Origin: Tepidisphaeraceae bacterium
GTDB taxonomy: Bacteria > Planctomycetota > Phycisphaerae > Tepidisphaerales > Tepidisphaeraceae
Direction: 5' to 3'
DNA: 25,291 bases
Assembly (NCBI GenBank): GCA_036495445.1
Contig: DASXMX010000445.1
Location: 1 to 25,291 of the forward strand
A program made the position numbers and the translations under genes. The notes under the pieces were generated by a model. The model had not been told where the DNA came from and did no database searches. It saw only the letters and a list, made by a program, of their open reading frames with translations. This document shows positions 1 through 7,952 of this stretch, piece by piece. The number at the start of each line of letters is the position of its first letter. Within the stretch, counting starts at the first letter, position 1.

Positions 1-8
1 AGGCTCCC

Positions 9-44
9 GCCGAGCCGCGAATTGCGAGCGAGTCTCGGCTCGGC
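9..44. other. stem-loop (9-bp stem gccgagccg / cggctcggc, 18-nt loop), possible terminator of an upstream gene outside the window
   Basis: Inverted repeat at 9-17 and 36-44 read directly from the sequence. Confidence 0.2.
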
Positions 45-98
45 AGGCGCCTCGCCCTCCGACAAAGATCCGGTCGCCGTGCCGGAAATGACTTGATA

Positions 99-116
99 TA
101 TTCCAGATTGGGAATA
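99..116. promoter_or_regulatory. candidate ArsR-type operator: palindrome TATTCC-N6-GGAATA overlapping an AT-rich -10-like TATATT (97-102)
   Basis: Perfect 6-bp inverted repeat lying between a -10-like hexamer and the ArsR start. ArsR/SmtB repressors typically autoregulate through an inverted repeat overlapping their own promoter. Confidence 0.3.
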
Positions 117-128
117 CCATTCCCCACC

Positions 129-497
129 ATGGCCCGAGCCCCCGTGACGTCTGACGTGTTCAACGCGATCGCCGACCCCAAGCGCCGCGAGATCATTGAT
201 CTCCTGGCCGGCTCGGGGGAGCAGGCGGTCGGCGACCTGGTCCGCACGCTGCGGATCGCGCAGCCGCGGGTGTCGAAGCACCTGCGGGTGCTTCGGACGG
301 TCCGGCTGGTGTCGGTCGCCCGCCGCGGCCGTAGCCGGGTCTATCGGCTCAACGCCGACCGGCTCAAGCCCGTCCACGACTGGGTCAAAGCCTACGAGCG
401 GTTCTGGAGCAACCAGTTCGATCGCATCAAGGCCCGGGCGGAGCAAAAAGCGCAAGAACGTAAGAACCAACCGAGCAATCCAACCCAGGAGGATTAG
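129..497 (+). CDS. ArsR/SmtB family HTH transcriptional regulator
   Basis: The translation PKRREIIDLLAGSGEQAVGDLVRTLRIAQPRVSKHLRVLRTVRLVSVARRGRSRVYRL matches the ArsR winged-helix signature. ATG at 129 (MARAPV) is preferred over the TTG at 93 given in the track. Stop TAG at 495-497, 2 nt before the next start. Confidence 0.8.
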   Translation: MARAPVTSDVFNAIADPKRREIIDLLAGSGEQAVGDLVRTLRIAQPRVSKHLRVLRTVRLVSVARRGRSRVYRLNADRLKPVHDWVKAYERFWSNQFDRIKARAEQKAQERKNQPSNPTQED

Positions 498-499
498 CC

Positions 500-979
500 A
501 TGCCCGTTGCAGAATTGGAGCAACCGATTCCCACGTTCGAGTTCGTGCGGGAGGAGCTCATCGACGCGCCGATCGACGTCGTGTTCGAATCGGTCCTCGA
601 CGAGATCGGCCCCGAGTCCCAGATGATGGACGGCAAGCCGTTCCCGATGCGGGTCGAGCCGTGGCCCGGCGGACGGTGGTTCCGCGACCTGGGGAACGGC
701 GCCGGCCACTTCTGGGGCCACGTCCAGGTCATCAAGCCGCCCCGGCTGCTGGAAATCTGCGGCCCGTTCTTCATGTCGACCCCCGCGATCAACCACCTGC
801 AGTACCGCCTCACGCCCGAAGGCGACGGCACCCGCCTCGCGCTGGTCCACAAATCCATCGGCCTGATCCCCAAGGAGCACCGCGACGGCATGCAAGCCGG
901 CTGGACTTACAAGCTCAATCGTATCCGCGACCTGGCCGCACGCCGCAAAAACACCGTGAAGAAGGAGACCCCGCGATGA
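500..979 (+). CDS. SRPBCC superfamily protein (AHSA1/Aha1-like activator of Hsp90 ATPase homolog domain)
   Basis: 159 aa, typical of the SRPBCC/AHSA1 proteins that partner ArsR regulators. Translationally coupled to both neighbours; its stop overlaps the next ATG (ATGA at 976-979). Confidence 0.7.
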   Translation: MPVAELEQPIPTFEFVREELIDAPIDVVFESVLDEIGPESQMMDGKPFPMRVEPWPGGRWFRDLGNGAGHFWGHVQVIKPPRLLEICGPFFMSTPAINHLQYRLTPEGDGTRLALVHKSIGLIPKEHRDGMQAGWTYKLNRIRDLAARRKNTVKKETPR

Positions 980-1488
980 AAGCGATCGACGTCATTCGCA
1001 GCGCCATGCAGCTCGCCGACCAGGCAACGATGAAACTGATCGAGGACATGCGCGACGCCGCACTCACCCAGCCGACCTCCCGCGGCGGGAACCATCCGCT
1101 GTGGGTCCTCGGGCACATCACGCTGACCGAGGGAAACATCCCCCACGTGATCTTCGGCGAGCCGAACCCCGTCGCCCACTGGGCCCCGCTGTTCGCCCCC
1201 GGCACCGAACCGAGGGCCGACGCCGGCGCCTACCCGCCCTTCGAGGAGATCCTCCGCACCTACCGCGACCTGCGGGCGCGGAACCTGCAGACCCTCGAGG
1301 AACTCGGCGACGAGGGTCTCGACCGCAAGTCCACCGCGCCGCCGAAGGGTTTGGAACACGTGCTCGGCACCGTGGGTTCCGCGTATCTGACCATCGCGAT
1401 GCACCAGATGAACCACCGCGGCCAGGTCGCCGACTGCCGCCGCGTCGCCGGGCGCGAGCCCGTGTTTACGCCGACGTTCGACTACTGA
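976..1488 (+). CDS. DinB-family (DinB_2/DUF664-like) metal-dependent protein
   Basis: In-frame ATG at 976 within the long 196..1488 ORF. His-containing motifs NHPLWVLGHI and HQMNHRGQV are characteristic of the DinB/YfiT four-helix-bundle family. ATGA overlap with the upstream gene. Confidence 0.7.
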   Translation: MKAIDVIRSAMQLADQATMKLIEDMRDAALTQPTSRGGNHPLWVLGHITLTEGNIPHVIFGEPNPVAHWAPLFAPGTEPRADAGAYPPFEEILRTYRDLRARNLQTLEELGDEGLDRKSTAPPKGLEHVLGTVGSAYLTIAMHQMNHRGQVADCRRVAGREPVFTPTFDY

Positions 1489-1596
1489 GCTGCAGCCGCG
1501 GCTATCGAGATCCGGCGTGAACTGATTTCATGACTGGGAAGGTGACGATGTCTTCAACACCCCGCCCACGGACGGCGCGGGAAGGAGCAAATTGAA

Positions 1597-2754
1597 ATGA
1601 GCCAGGTACGAGTCCTCGTCGGCACGCGCAAGGGCGCGTTCATCCTCACCTCCGACGGCAACCGCCAGAAGTGGGACGTGAGCGGCCCGCACTTCGCCGG
1701 GTGGGAGATCTATCACATGAAGGGGTCGGCGGCCGACCCGAACCGGATCTACGCCTCCCAGTCCAGCAGTTGGTTCGGGCAGATCATCCAGCGCTCCAAC
1801 GACGGCGGCAAAACGTGGGAAACGCCGGGCGGCGGGATGACCCAAAGCCCCGAGGGCATGCCCAAGGGCGAAAGCAACAAGTTCGTCTACGAGGGCAACC
1901 CCGGCACCCACCAGTGGTACGACGGCAAGCCCCACCCGTGGGAGTTCAAGCGCGTCTGGCACCTGGAGCCGTCGCTGTCGGATCCCGACACCGTCTTCGC
2001 CGGCGTCGAAGACGCCGCCATTTTCAAGACCACCAACGGCGGGCAGACGTGGAACGAATTGCCCGGCCTGCGCAACGCCCAGGGCCCCAAGTGGCAGCCG
2101 GGCGCCGGCGGGATGTGCCTCCACACGATCCTGCTCGACCCGACCAACCCCGACCGCATCTTCATCGCCATCTCCGCGGCCGGCGCGTTCCGCACCGACG
2201 ACGGGGGCAAAACTTGGAAGCCGATCAACCGCGGCCTCCGCTCGCCTTACATTCCCGACCCCAACGCCGAGATCGGCCACTGCGTCCACCGCATCGCCCT
2301 GCACCGCTCCCGGCCTGACACGCTGTTTATGCAGAAGCACTGGGACGTGATGCGCAGCGACAACGCCGGGGACGAGTGGCGCGAGGTCAGCGGCAACCTG
2401 CCAACCGACTTCGGCTTCGTGATCGACGTCCACGCGCATGAGCCCGAGACGATCTACGTCGTGCCGATCAAGAGCGACTCCGAGCACTACCCGCTCGAGG
2501 GCAAGCTCCGCGTCTTCCGCAGCCGCACCGGCGGGAACGAGTGGGAGCCGCTGACCACGGGGCTGCCGCAGGAGAACTGCTTCGTCAACGTCCTCCGCGA
2601 CGCGATGGCCGTCGACTCGATGGACGACTGCGGGATCTACTTCGGCACCACCGGCGGGCAGGTCTATTGCTCGCCGGATGCCGGAGATAATTGGGCGCCC
2701 ATCGTCCGCGATCTTCCGGCGGTGCTTTCGGTGGAGGTGCAAACGATCCCATGA
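1597..2754 (+). CDS. BNR/Asp-box repeat beta-propeller protein (sialidase-like fold, function unknown)
   Basis: Multiple S-x-D-x-G-x-T-W Asp-box motifs ([31 protein letters not shown]). AAGGAG Shine-Dalgarno 8 nt upstream of ATG 1597. GC3-rich codons. Confidence 0.75.
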   Translation: MSQVRVLVGTRKGAFILTSDGNRQKWDVSGPHFAGWEIYHMKGSAADPNRIYASQSSSWFGQIIQRSNDGGKTWETPGGGMTQSPEGMPKGESNKFVYEGNPGTHQWYDGKPHPWEFKRVWHLEPSLSDPDTVFAGVEDAAIFKTTNGGQTWNELPGLRNAQGPKWQPGAGGMCLHTILLDPTNPDRIFIAISAAGAFRTDDGGKTWKPINRGLRSPYIPDPNAEIGHCVHRIALHRSRPDTLFMQKHWDVMRSDNAGDEWREVSGNLPTDFGFVIDVHAHEPETIYVVPIKSDSEHYPLEGKLRVFRSRTGGNEWEPLTTGLPQENCFVNVLRDAMAVDSMDDCGIYFGTTGGQVYCSPDAGDNWAPIVRDLPAVLSVEVQTIP

Positions 2755-3047
2755 TCCACGTCATTCTCCCCCATCATCTTCGCGTTTTGGCGAACGTCGG
2801 CCGGGAAGTCACGGTCGACGTCGCCGGGCCGGTCACGCAGCGGACGGTTCTCGGCGCACTGGAGGCCAAATACCCCGTCCTCCGCGGCACGATCCGCGAG
2901 CACGGCACGCTCGAACGGCGGAAGCTCGTGCGGTTCTTCGCCTGCGAGGAAGACCTGTCGCACGAATCGCCCGATGTGCCGTTGCCCGAAAAGGTTGCAT
3001 CCGGCGTGGAACCCTTCGTCATCATCGGGGCGATCGCGGGCGGATAG
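2751..3047 (+). CDS. MoaD/ThiS-family beta-grasp sulfur-carrier-like small protein (C-terminal Gly-Gly)
   Basis: 98 aa ending ...IIGAIAGG then stop. Sequence is MoaD-like ([28 protein letters not shown]). ATG 2751 overlaps the BNR gene stop (ATGA), indicating translational coupling. Confidence 0.65.
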   Translation: MIHVILPHHLRVLANVGREVTVDVAGPVTQRTVLGALEAKYPVLRGTIREHGTLERRKLVRFFACEEDLSHESPDVPLPEKVASGVEPFVIIGAIAGG

Positions 3048-3061
3048 CCCTCCTTCTCCTT

Positions 3062-3079
3062 CTCCCGGTACTCCGGGAG
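3062..3079. terminator. hairpin ctcccgg-tact-ccgggag, 15 nt after the MoaD stop
   Basis: 7-bp perfect stem with 4-nt loop. No T-tract, which is common in high-GC genomes. Confidence 0.25.
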
Positions 3080-3151
3080 AGGGCTGGGATGAGGGTTCAC
3101 CGCGCGATGCTCGCTCCCAGGTTCAGTTCCGACCTGAGGAACCAATCAGAG

Positions 3152-3170
3152 CCGGACCGTGTCGGTCCGG
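3152..3170. terminator. hairpin ccggaccg-tgt-cggtccgg
   Basis: 8-bp perfect stem with 3-nt loop, located between convergent ORFs. Confidence 0.25.
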
Positions 3171-3189
3171 ACTGGACCAACGTCCAGAT

Positions 3190-3426
3190 CTAACGTCCAC
3201 GTGTTGAATCGCGCCACTCGCTGAAAGGCTCGTCGTGCAGCCCGAAATGTTCGAGGAACGGCCGGTTCACTTTTACAAACCGGCTGAGCCGGTCTTGCGC
3301 ATAGAATGACACGTTCGGCAGGGCATCAAAGAGCCCCATCACCTGCTCTGCCAAGGGGTAACGCTTGAAGAAGGCCGCCTGGAACTCCAGCGGATCGATA
3401 TGCGGCCCATGGTTAAATCGTACCAA
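3190..3426 (-). pseudogene. short ORF resembling the N-terminal part of a PAS-fold sensor (…FYAQDRLSRFVKVNRPFLEHFGL…); probably a truncated remnant
   Basis: 78 aa, ending where a PAS domain would continue. No downstream continuation in any frame. Weak, motif-level similarity only. Confidence 0.25.
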
Positions 3427-3482
3427 GCGTCAACGCGGGCCGTGCGAGATAATTAAGCAAGATCAGAGTGAAATACCGAGCC

Positions 3483-6215
3483 ATGTCGATCGGGTCCCGC
3501 TTACGTTCGGCCGATTCTTCCCCCTGCGTCGGTTCTTCGACGGTGGGGGCGTACGGCCGTACGCCCAGGGCACACGGCCGTGTGCCCCTACTCCTCGCCC
3601 TCATGGGCCTCGCAATGGGGCTGCTCGCTCCGTCCGCGCGGGGGGTGATGCCGCCGTTGCCGAAGCCGGTGAGCTACAACCGCGACGTGCGGCCGATCCT
3701 GGCGGAGAACTGTTTCTACTGTCACGGGCAGGACCCCAACCATCGCAAGAAAAACCTGCGGCTCGACCAGGCGGATTCCGCTTATACGAAGGCGATCGTC
3801 CCAGGCGACGCGGACGAGAGCGCGCTGGTCGAGCGGATCTTCATCGACAAGTCGGACGAGCAGATGCCGCCGCCCGATTCGCACCGGCATCTGTCGCCCG
3901 AACAGAAGCAGGTGCTGAAGCGATGGGTGGCGGAGGGCGCGCAATACGAACAACATTGGGCCTACGTCGCGCCGGCCCGGCCGGCGTTGCCGCACGTCGA
4001 TCGCAAGGGTTGGGTGCGCAATCCGATCGACGCATTCGTGCTGGCCAAGCTCGAAACCGAGGGGCTTTCGCCCTCGCCCGAGGCGGACCCGATTACGCTG
4101 ATGCGCCGCGTGACGCTCGACCTGACGGGGCTTCCGCCGACGCCGGCTGAGGTGGACGCGTACCTGGCGGATTCCAAGAAGCCCGGCGCGTACGAGCGGC
4201 TCGTGGACCGTCTGCTCGCCTCGCCCGCGTACGGAGAGCGGATGGCGCTGCCGTGGCTCGACGCCGCCCGATACGCCGACAGCAACGGCTTCCAGCAGGA
4301 CGGCGACACGTACCAATGGGTCTGGCGCGACTGGGTCGTCCGCGCGCTCAACGCGGACATGCCGTTCGACGAATTTTCCACCGACCAACTCGCCGGCGAC
4401 CTGCTCCCCAACGCGACGACCGACCAGAAGATCGCCTCCGCCTTCAACCGCAACCACCTGCTCAACGGCGAGGGCGGCGCCATCGCCGAGGAACAGCGGA
4501 ACATCATCCTCTTCGACCGGGTTGACACGACCGCCACGACTTGGCTCGCGCTCACCGTCGCGTGCGCGCAATGCCACGATCACAAGTTCGACCCGATCAC
4601 CCAGCGGGACTACTACAGCCTGATGGCGGCGTTCAACCAGGTCCCCGAAACGGGCGTGCCGGGCGGCGGGCCCGGGCGGATCCGCGTCGCCGCCCCGTAT
4701 ATCGAACTGCCCACCGACGAGAACAAGGCGACGATCGCCCGGCTCGAAGCGGAGCTGAAATCCGCGGACAAAGAGGCTGACGCGACCAAGCGGTTCGAGG
4801 CCGAGCTGGTCAAATGGGAGCCTACCGTCACCCCGGAGACGCCCGACATCGATCGCGCGCTGCTGCCGATCCTGCGCGAGAAGCCCGAAGAGCGGACGAA
4901 GGCCGAGGCGGCCCAGCTTAAGAATGGGCTGCGGAAGCATTTTGAGAAGAAGGTCTGGCCGAAGATCGCGGCCAAGGACCCCGCGCTCAAGCGGGCGAAC
5001 GAACTGAAGGACCAGCTCGCGCGATACAAGAACGAGGAAGTGCCGCGCGTCATGATCATGTCGGACGCAAAGCACCGCGATACACACATCCTCGATCGCG
5101 GCAACTACGAGACCCCGAAGGAGAAGGTCTCGTTCGCGACGCCCGCGTTCCTGCCGCCGATGCCCAAGGACGCGCCCAAGAACCGCCTCGGCCTGGCCCG
5201 CTGGCTCTTCATGCCCGAGAACCCGCTCACCGCCCGCGTGCAGGCGAACCGGTATTGGCAGGACTTCTTCGGCGTCGGTTTGGTGAAGACGAGCGAGGAC
5301 CTTGGCGTGCAGAGCGAGATGCCGGTCCACCAGGACCTGCTGGACTGGCTCGCCGTCGAGTTTCGCCAGCCGTCGATTCCGGATTCGGACGACTGCAAAT
5401 CTGAAATCTCAAATCTGAAATCTGAAATCTCAGAGTCCGGCGATTGCTGCTCCGGTCTGCCACACGCCTGGAGCATGAAGCACATTCACCGCCTGATCGT
5501 CACCAGCGCGACCTACCGACAGAGCAGCCGGGTGACGCCGGCGTTGCTCGCGCGCGACCCGGAAAATCGCCTGCTCGCTCGCGGCGGGCGGTTCCGCATG
5601 CCGGCGATGGTCCTCCGCGACGTCGCCCTCGCCACCAGCGGCCTGCTCGACCGCCGCATCGGCGGCAAGCCCGTCTACCCCTATCAGCCCGAAGGCATCT
5701 GGGATTCGCTGGCGATCACCAAGGAGCGCGACTTTACCTACCCGCAAAGCCACGGCGCGGATCTATATCGCCGGAGCCTCTACACGTTCTGGCGGCGGAC
5801 GGTGGCCCCGGCCGACGTGTTCGACAATTCCAACCGCCAGACCTGCCGCGTGCGGCTGGCCGTCACCTGCACGCCGCTGCACGCGCTGACGACGCTGAAC
5901 GACCCCACCTGGGTCGAAGCCGCCCGCGTCCTGGCGGCCCATGCGATGGAATCGAGCCCGGACACCGACGCCCGGCTCACGTTCGCCTTCCGCCAGGTGC
6001 TGGCCCGCGAGCCGCACGAGACGGAACTGAAGATCCTGCGTCACATGTTCGACCGCCAGCGATCGTTCTACGCCGACGTCCGCAAGGCGGCCGAGGCCGC
6101 GACGAGCGTCGGCGACAGCCCGCCGGCCAAGGACCTCGACGTCACCGACCACGCGGCGCTCTCCGCCGTGTGCCTCGCGATCCTGAACTTGGACGAGGCG
6201 CTGACGCACGAATGA
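3483..6215 (+). CDS. PSCyt1/PSCyt2/PSD1 (DUF1549/DUF1553) planctomycete cytochrome-c-like secreted protein
   Basis: CxxCH-like motif NCFYCHGQDPNHRKKNLRLD (PSCyt1) near the N-terminus, a long DUF1549/DUF1553 body, and conserved C-terminal WSMKHIHRLIVTSATYRQSS. ATG 3483 preferred (GTG 3468 also possible). A hydrophobic signal-like segment follows. Confidence 0.85.
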   Translation: MSIGSRLRSADSSPCVGSSTVGAYGRTPRAHGRVPLLLALMGLAMGLLAPSARGVMPPLPKPVSYNRDVRPILAENCFYCHGQDPNHRKKNLRLDQADSAYTKAIVPGDADESALVERIFIDKSDEQMPPPDSHRHLSPEQKQVLKRWVAEGAQYEQHWAYVAPARPALPHVDRKGWVRNPIDAFVLAKLETEGLSPSPEADPITLMRRVTLDLTGLPPTPAEVDAYLADSKKPGAYERLVDRLLASPAYGERMALPWLDAARYADSNGFQQDGDTYQWVWRDWVVRALNADMPFDEFSTDQLAGDLLPNATTDQKIASAFNRNHLLNGEGGAIAEEQRNIILFDRVDTTATTWLALTVACAQCHDHKFDPITQRDYYSLMAAFNQVPETGVPGGGPGRIRVAAPYIELPTDENKATIARLEAELKSADKEADATKRFEAELVKWEPTVTPETPDIDRALLPILREKPEERTKAEAAQLKNGLRKHFEKKVWPKIAAKDPALKRANELKDQLARYKNEEVPRVMIMSDAKHRDTHILDRGNYETPKEKVSFATPAFLPPMPKDAPKNRLGLARWLFMPENPLTARVQANRYWQDFFGVGLVKTSEDLGVQSEMPVHQDLLDWLAVEFRQPSIPDSDDCKSEISNLKSEISESGDCCSGLPHAWSMKHIHRLIVTSATYRQSSRVTPALLARDPENRLLARGGRFRMPAMVLRDVALATSGLLDRRIGGKPVYPYQPEGIWDSLAITKERDFTYPQSHGADLYRRSLYTFWRRTVAPADVFDNSNRQTCRVRLAVTCTPLHALTTLNDPTWVEAARVLAAHAMESSPDTDARLTFAFRQVLAREPHETELKILRHMFDRQRSFYADVRKAAEAATSVGDSPPAKDLDVTDHAALSAVCLAILNLDEALTHE
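5395..5436. repeat. tandem octamer repeat (AAATCTGA / AAATCTCA) x about 5 inside the PSD1 CDS, matching the AT-rich core of the intergenic long-hairpin elements
   Basis: The repeat gcaaatctgaaatctcaaatctgaaatctgaaatctcag is in frame and encodes KSEISNLKSEISES. Local AT-richness contrasts with roughly 68% GC flanks. Confidence 0.6.
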
Positions 6216-6217
6216 AA

Positions 6218-6412
6218 TTGAACCACAGAGACACGGAGATCACGGAGAAAAGACGAGAAGAGTATTAGCCACAGATTCACACAGATGGACACAGATGGGA
6301 ATTCAAATTTGAGATCTCAAATTTCAAAACCGGATTTCATCTGTGTGCATCTGTGCCCCATCTGTGGCCTAAATGCATTTCTCTTCTCCGCGTTCTCTGC
6401 GTCTCTGCGGTG
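6218..6412. repeat. long-hairpin palindromic intergenic element, copy A (about 195 bp)
   Basis: Left arm of CACAGAG/CACGGAG heptamer repeats, then ccacagat…cacagatggg. AT-rich self-complementary core aattcaaatttgagatctcaaatttcaaaacc. Then catctgtg…ccccatctgtgg and aaatgcatttctc. Right arm of CTCTGCG/CTCCGCG repeats complementary to the left arm. Lies between PSCyt-PSD1 and DUF1501. Confidence 0.7.
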
Positions 6413-6432
6413 AATCTTTGAGGAAGTTCACA

Positions 6433-7911
6433 ATGCATCCCGAGCTTCTGACCAACTGGCAGCGCGTGACCCGGCGGCAACTGTTCGGGCGGGCGGCGCA
6501 GGGGATCGGCGCCGCGGCACTCGCGTGGCTGATGCAATCGGAAACGGCGCGCGCCGCCACCGCCTCGATGGCCCCGCGCGCGATCGCGGGCCAGCGCGGC
6601 TTGCCGAACCTGCCCCACTTTGCCCCCAAGGCCAAGCGCGTCGTCTGCTTCTGGCAAGGCGGCGGGCCGAGCCACGTCGACCTGTTCGATCACAAACCGC
6701 TGCTGGAGAAGCTCGCCGGGCAGGACATCCCCGAGAGCGTCCGCGGCATGACGCGACTCTCGACGATGTCCTCCGGCTACAAGCGGTGGCCGATCACGCC
6801 CGCGATCAAGCCGTTCCGAAAGTACGGCCAGTGCGGGATGGAATTGAGCGAATTGATCCCCCACACCGGCTCCATCGCCGACGACATCTGCCTCGTACGC
6901 ACGATGAACACCGAGGCGGTCAACCACGCGCCCGGCGTGACGTTCTTCATGACGGGCGCGCAGACGCCCGGCCGCCCGAGCATGGGCGCGTGGCTCAGCT
7001 ACGGCCTGGGCTGCGAGGCCAACGACCTGCCCGCGTTCGTCGTCATGACCTCCTCCGACAAGGGCAAGACCTGCGGCCAGCTCTTCTACGATTATTACTG
7101 GGGCAGCGGGTTCCTCCCCAGCCGCTACCAGGGCGTGCGGTTCCGCGGCGTGGGCGACCCGGTCCCCTACCTGAACAACCCGCCCGGCACCTCCCGCGAA
7201 AGCCGCCGGGCGATGCTCGACGATTTGGCCGCACTGAACGACGAGCACCTGAAGGAATACGGGGATCCGGAGATCGACACCCGGATCAACTCCTACGAGA
7301 TGGCGTTCAAGATGCAGGCGAGCGTGCCGGAACTGCTCGACTTCTCCAACGAGCCCAAGCACATCATTGAAATGTACGGCCCCGACGCGCTGACGAAGGG
7401 CACGTACGCCAACAACTGCCTGATCGCCCGCCGACTGATCGAACGCGGCGTGCGGTTCGTCCAGTTGATGCACAGCGGGTGGGACCAGCACAACAATCTG
7501 TTCACCCAGCTCGCCCAGCAGTGCCGCGACACCGACCAGCCCTCTGCGGCTTTGGTGAAGGACCTGAAACAGCGCGGGCTATTGGACGACACGCTGGTGA
7601 TCTGGGGCGGCGAGTTCGGCCGCACCCCCTTCGGCCAGGGCGACCCCGCCCACCCCGCCGGCCGCGACCACTTCGGCCGCGCCTACAGCATGTGGCTCGC
7701 CGGCGGCGGCGCCCGCGCCGGCACCGCATACGGCCAAACCGACGACTTCGCCTGGAACATCGTCTCCGACGGCGTCCACGTCCACGACATGCAAGCCACC
7801 CTCCTCCACCTGCTCGGCATCAACCACGAAGCCCTCACCTTCCGCTACCAGGGCCGCCAGTTCCGACTGACGGACGTGAGCGGGCAGGTGGTGAAGGGGC
7901 TGATGGCGTAA
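6433..7911 (+). CDS. DUF1501 family protein (sulfatase-like, Tat-secreted), canonical partner of PSCyt/PSD1 proteins
   Basis: Twin-arginine signal (TRRQLFGRAAQGIGAAALA). DUF1501 body. GAGGAAG RBS 8 nt upstream of ATG 6433. Start chosen downstream of the repeat element. Confidence 0.85.
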   Translation: MHPELLTNWQRVTRRQLFGRAAQGIGAAALAWLMQSETARAATASMAPRAIAGQRGLPNLPHFAPKAKRVVCFWQGGGPSHVDLFDHKPLLEKLAGQDIPESVRGMTRLSTMSSGYKRWPITPAIKPFRKYGQCGMELSELIPHTGSIADDICLVRTMNTEAVNHAPGVTFFMTGAQTPGRPSMGAWLSYGLGCEANDLPAFVVMTSSDKGKTCGQLFYDYYWGSGFLPSRYQGVRFRGVGDPVPYLNNPPGTSRESRRAMLDDLAALNDEHLKEYGDPEIDTRINSYEMAFKMQASVPELLDFSNEPKHIIEMYGPDALTKGTYANNCLIARRLIERGVRFVQLMHSGWDQHNNLFTQLAQQCRDTDQPSAALVKDLKQRGLLDDTLVIWGGEFGRTPFGQGDPAHPAGRDHFGRAYSMWLAGGGARAGTAYGQTDDFAWNIVSDGVHVHDMQATLLHLLGINHEALTFRYQGRQFRLTDVSGQVVKGLMA

Positions 7912-7952
7912 ACGGGAGCGAGGTGGACAGCCAGTTCGTGCATCGGTCGCGG

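Noticed and set aside
1489-1530. Palindrome AGCCGCGGCT right after the DinB stop as a terminator
   Set aside because: A 10-bp self-complementary GC string with no loop and no T-tract is too short and too common in this GC context.
3100-3150. tRNA-like T-arm look-alike (caGGTTCAGTTCCgacctg)
   Set aside because: No acceptor stem, anticodon arm or CCA context could be built. The loop lacks the conserved T-loop pattern.
3588-5330. 580-aa minus-strand ORF inside the PSCyt-PSD1 gene. Similar long ORFs include 1528..2742(-), 6337..7491(-), 9676..11853(-), 12570..13469(-), 22269..23006(-) and the 5' part of 196..1488(+).
   Set aside because: Arg/Ala/Gly/Pro-rich, low-complexity translations lying antisense or out of frame to well-supported genes. 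This is the typical stop-codon-poor artefact of roughly 68% GC DNA. No motifs, no RBS, and the sense genes have strong GC3 bias.
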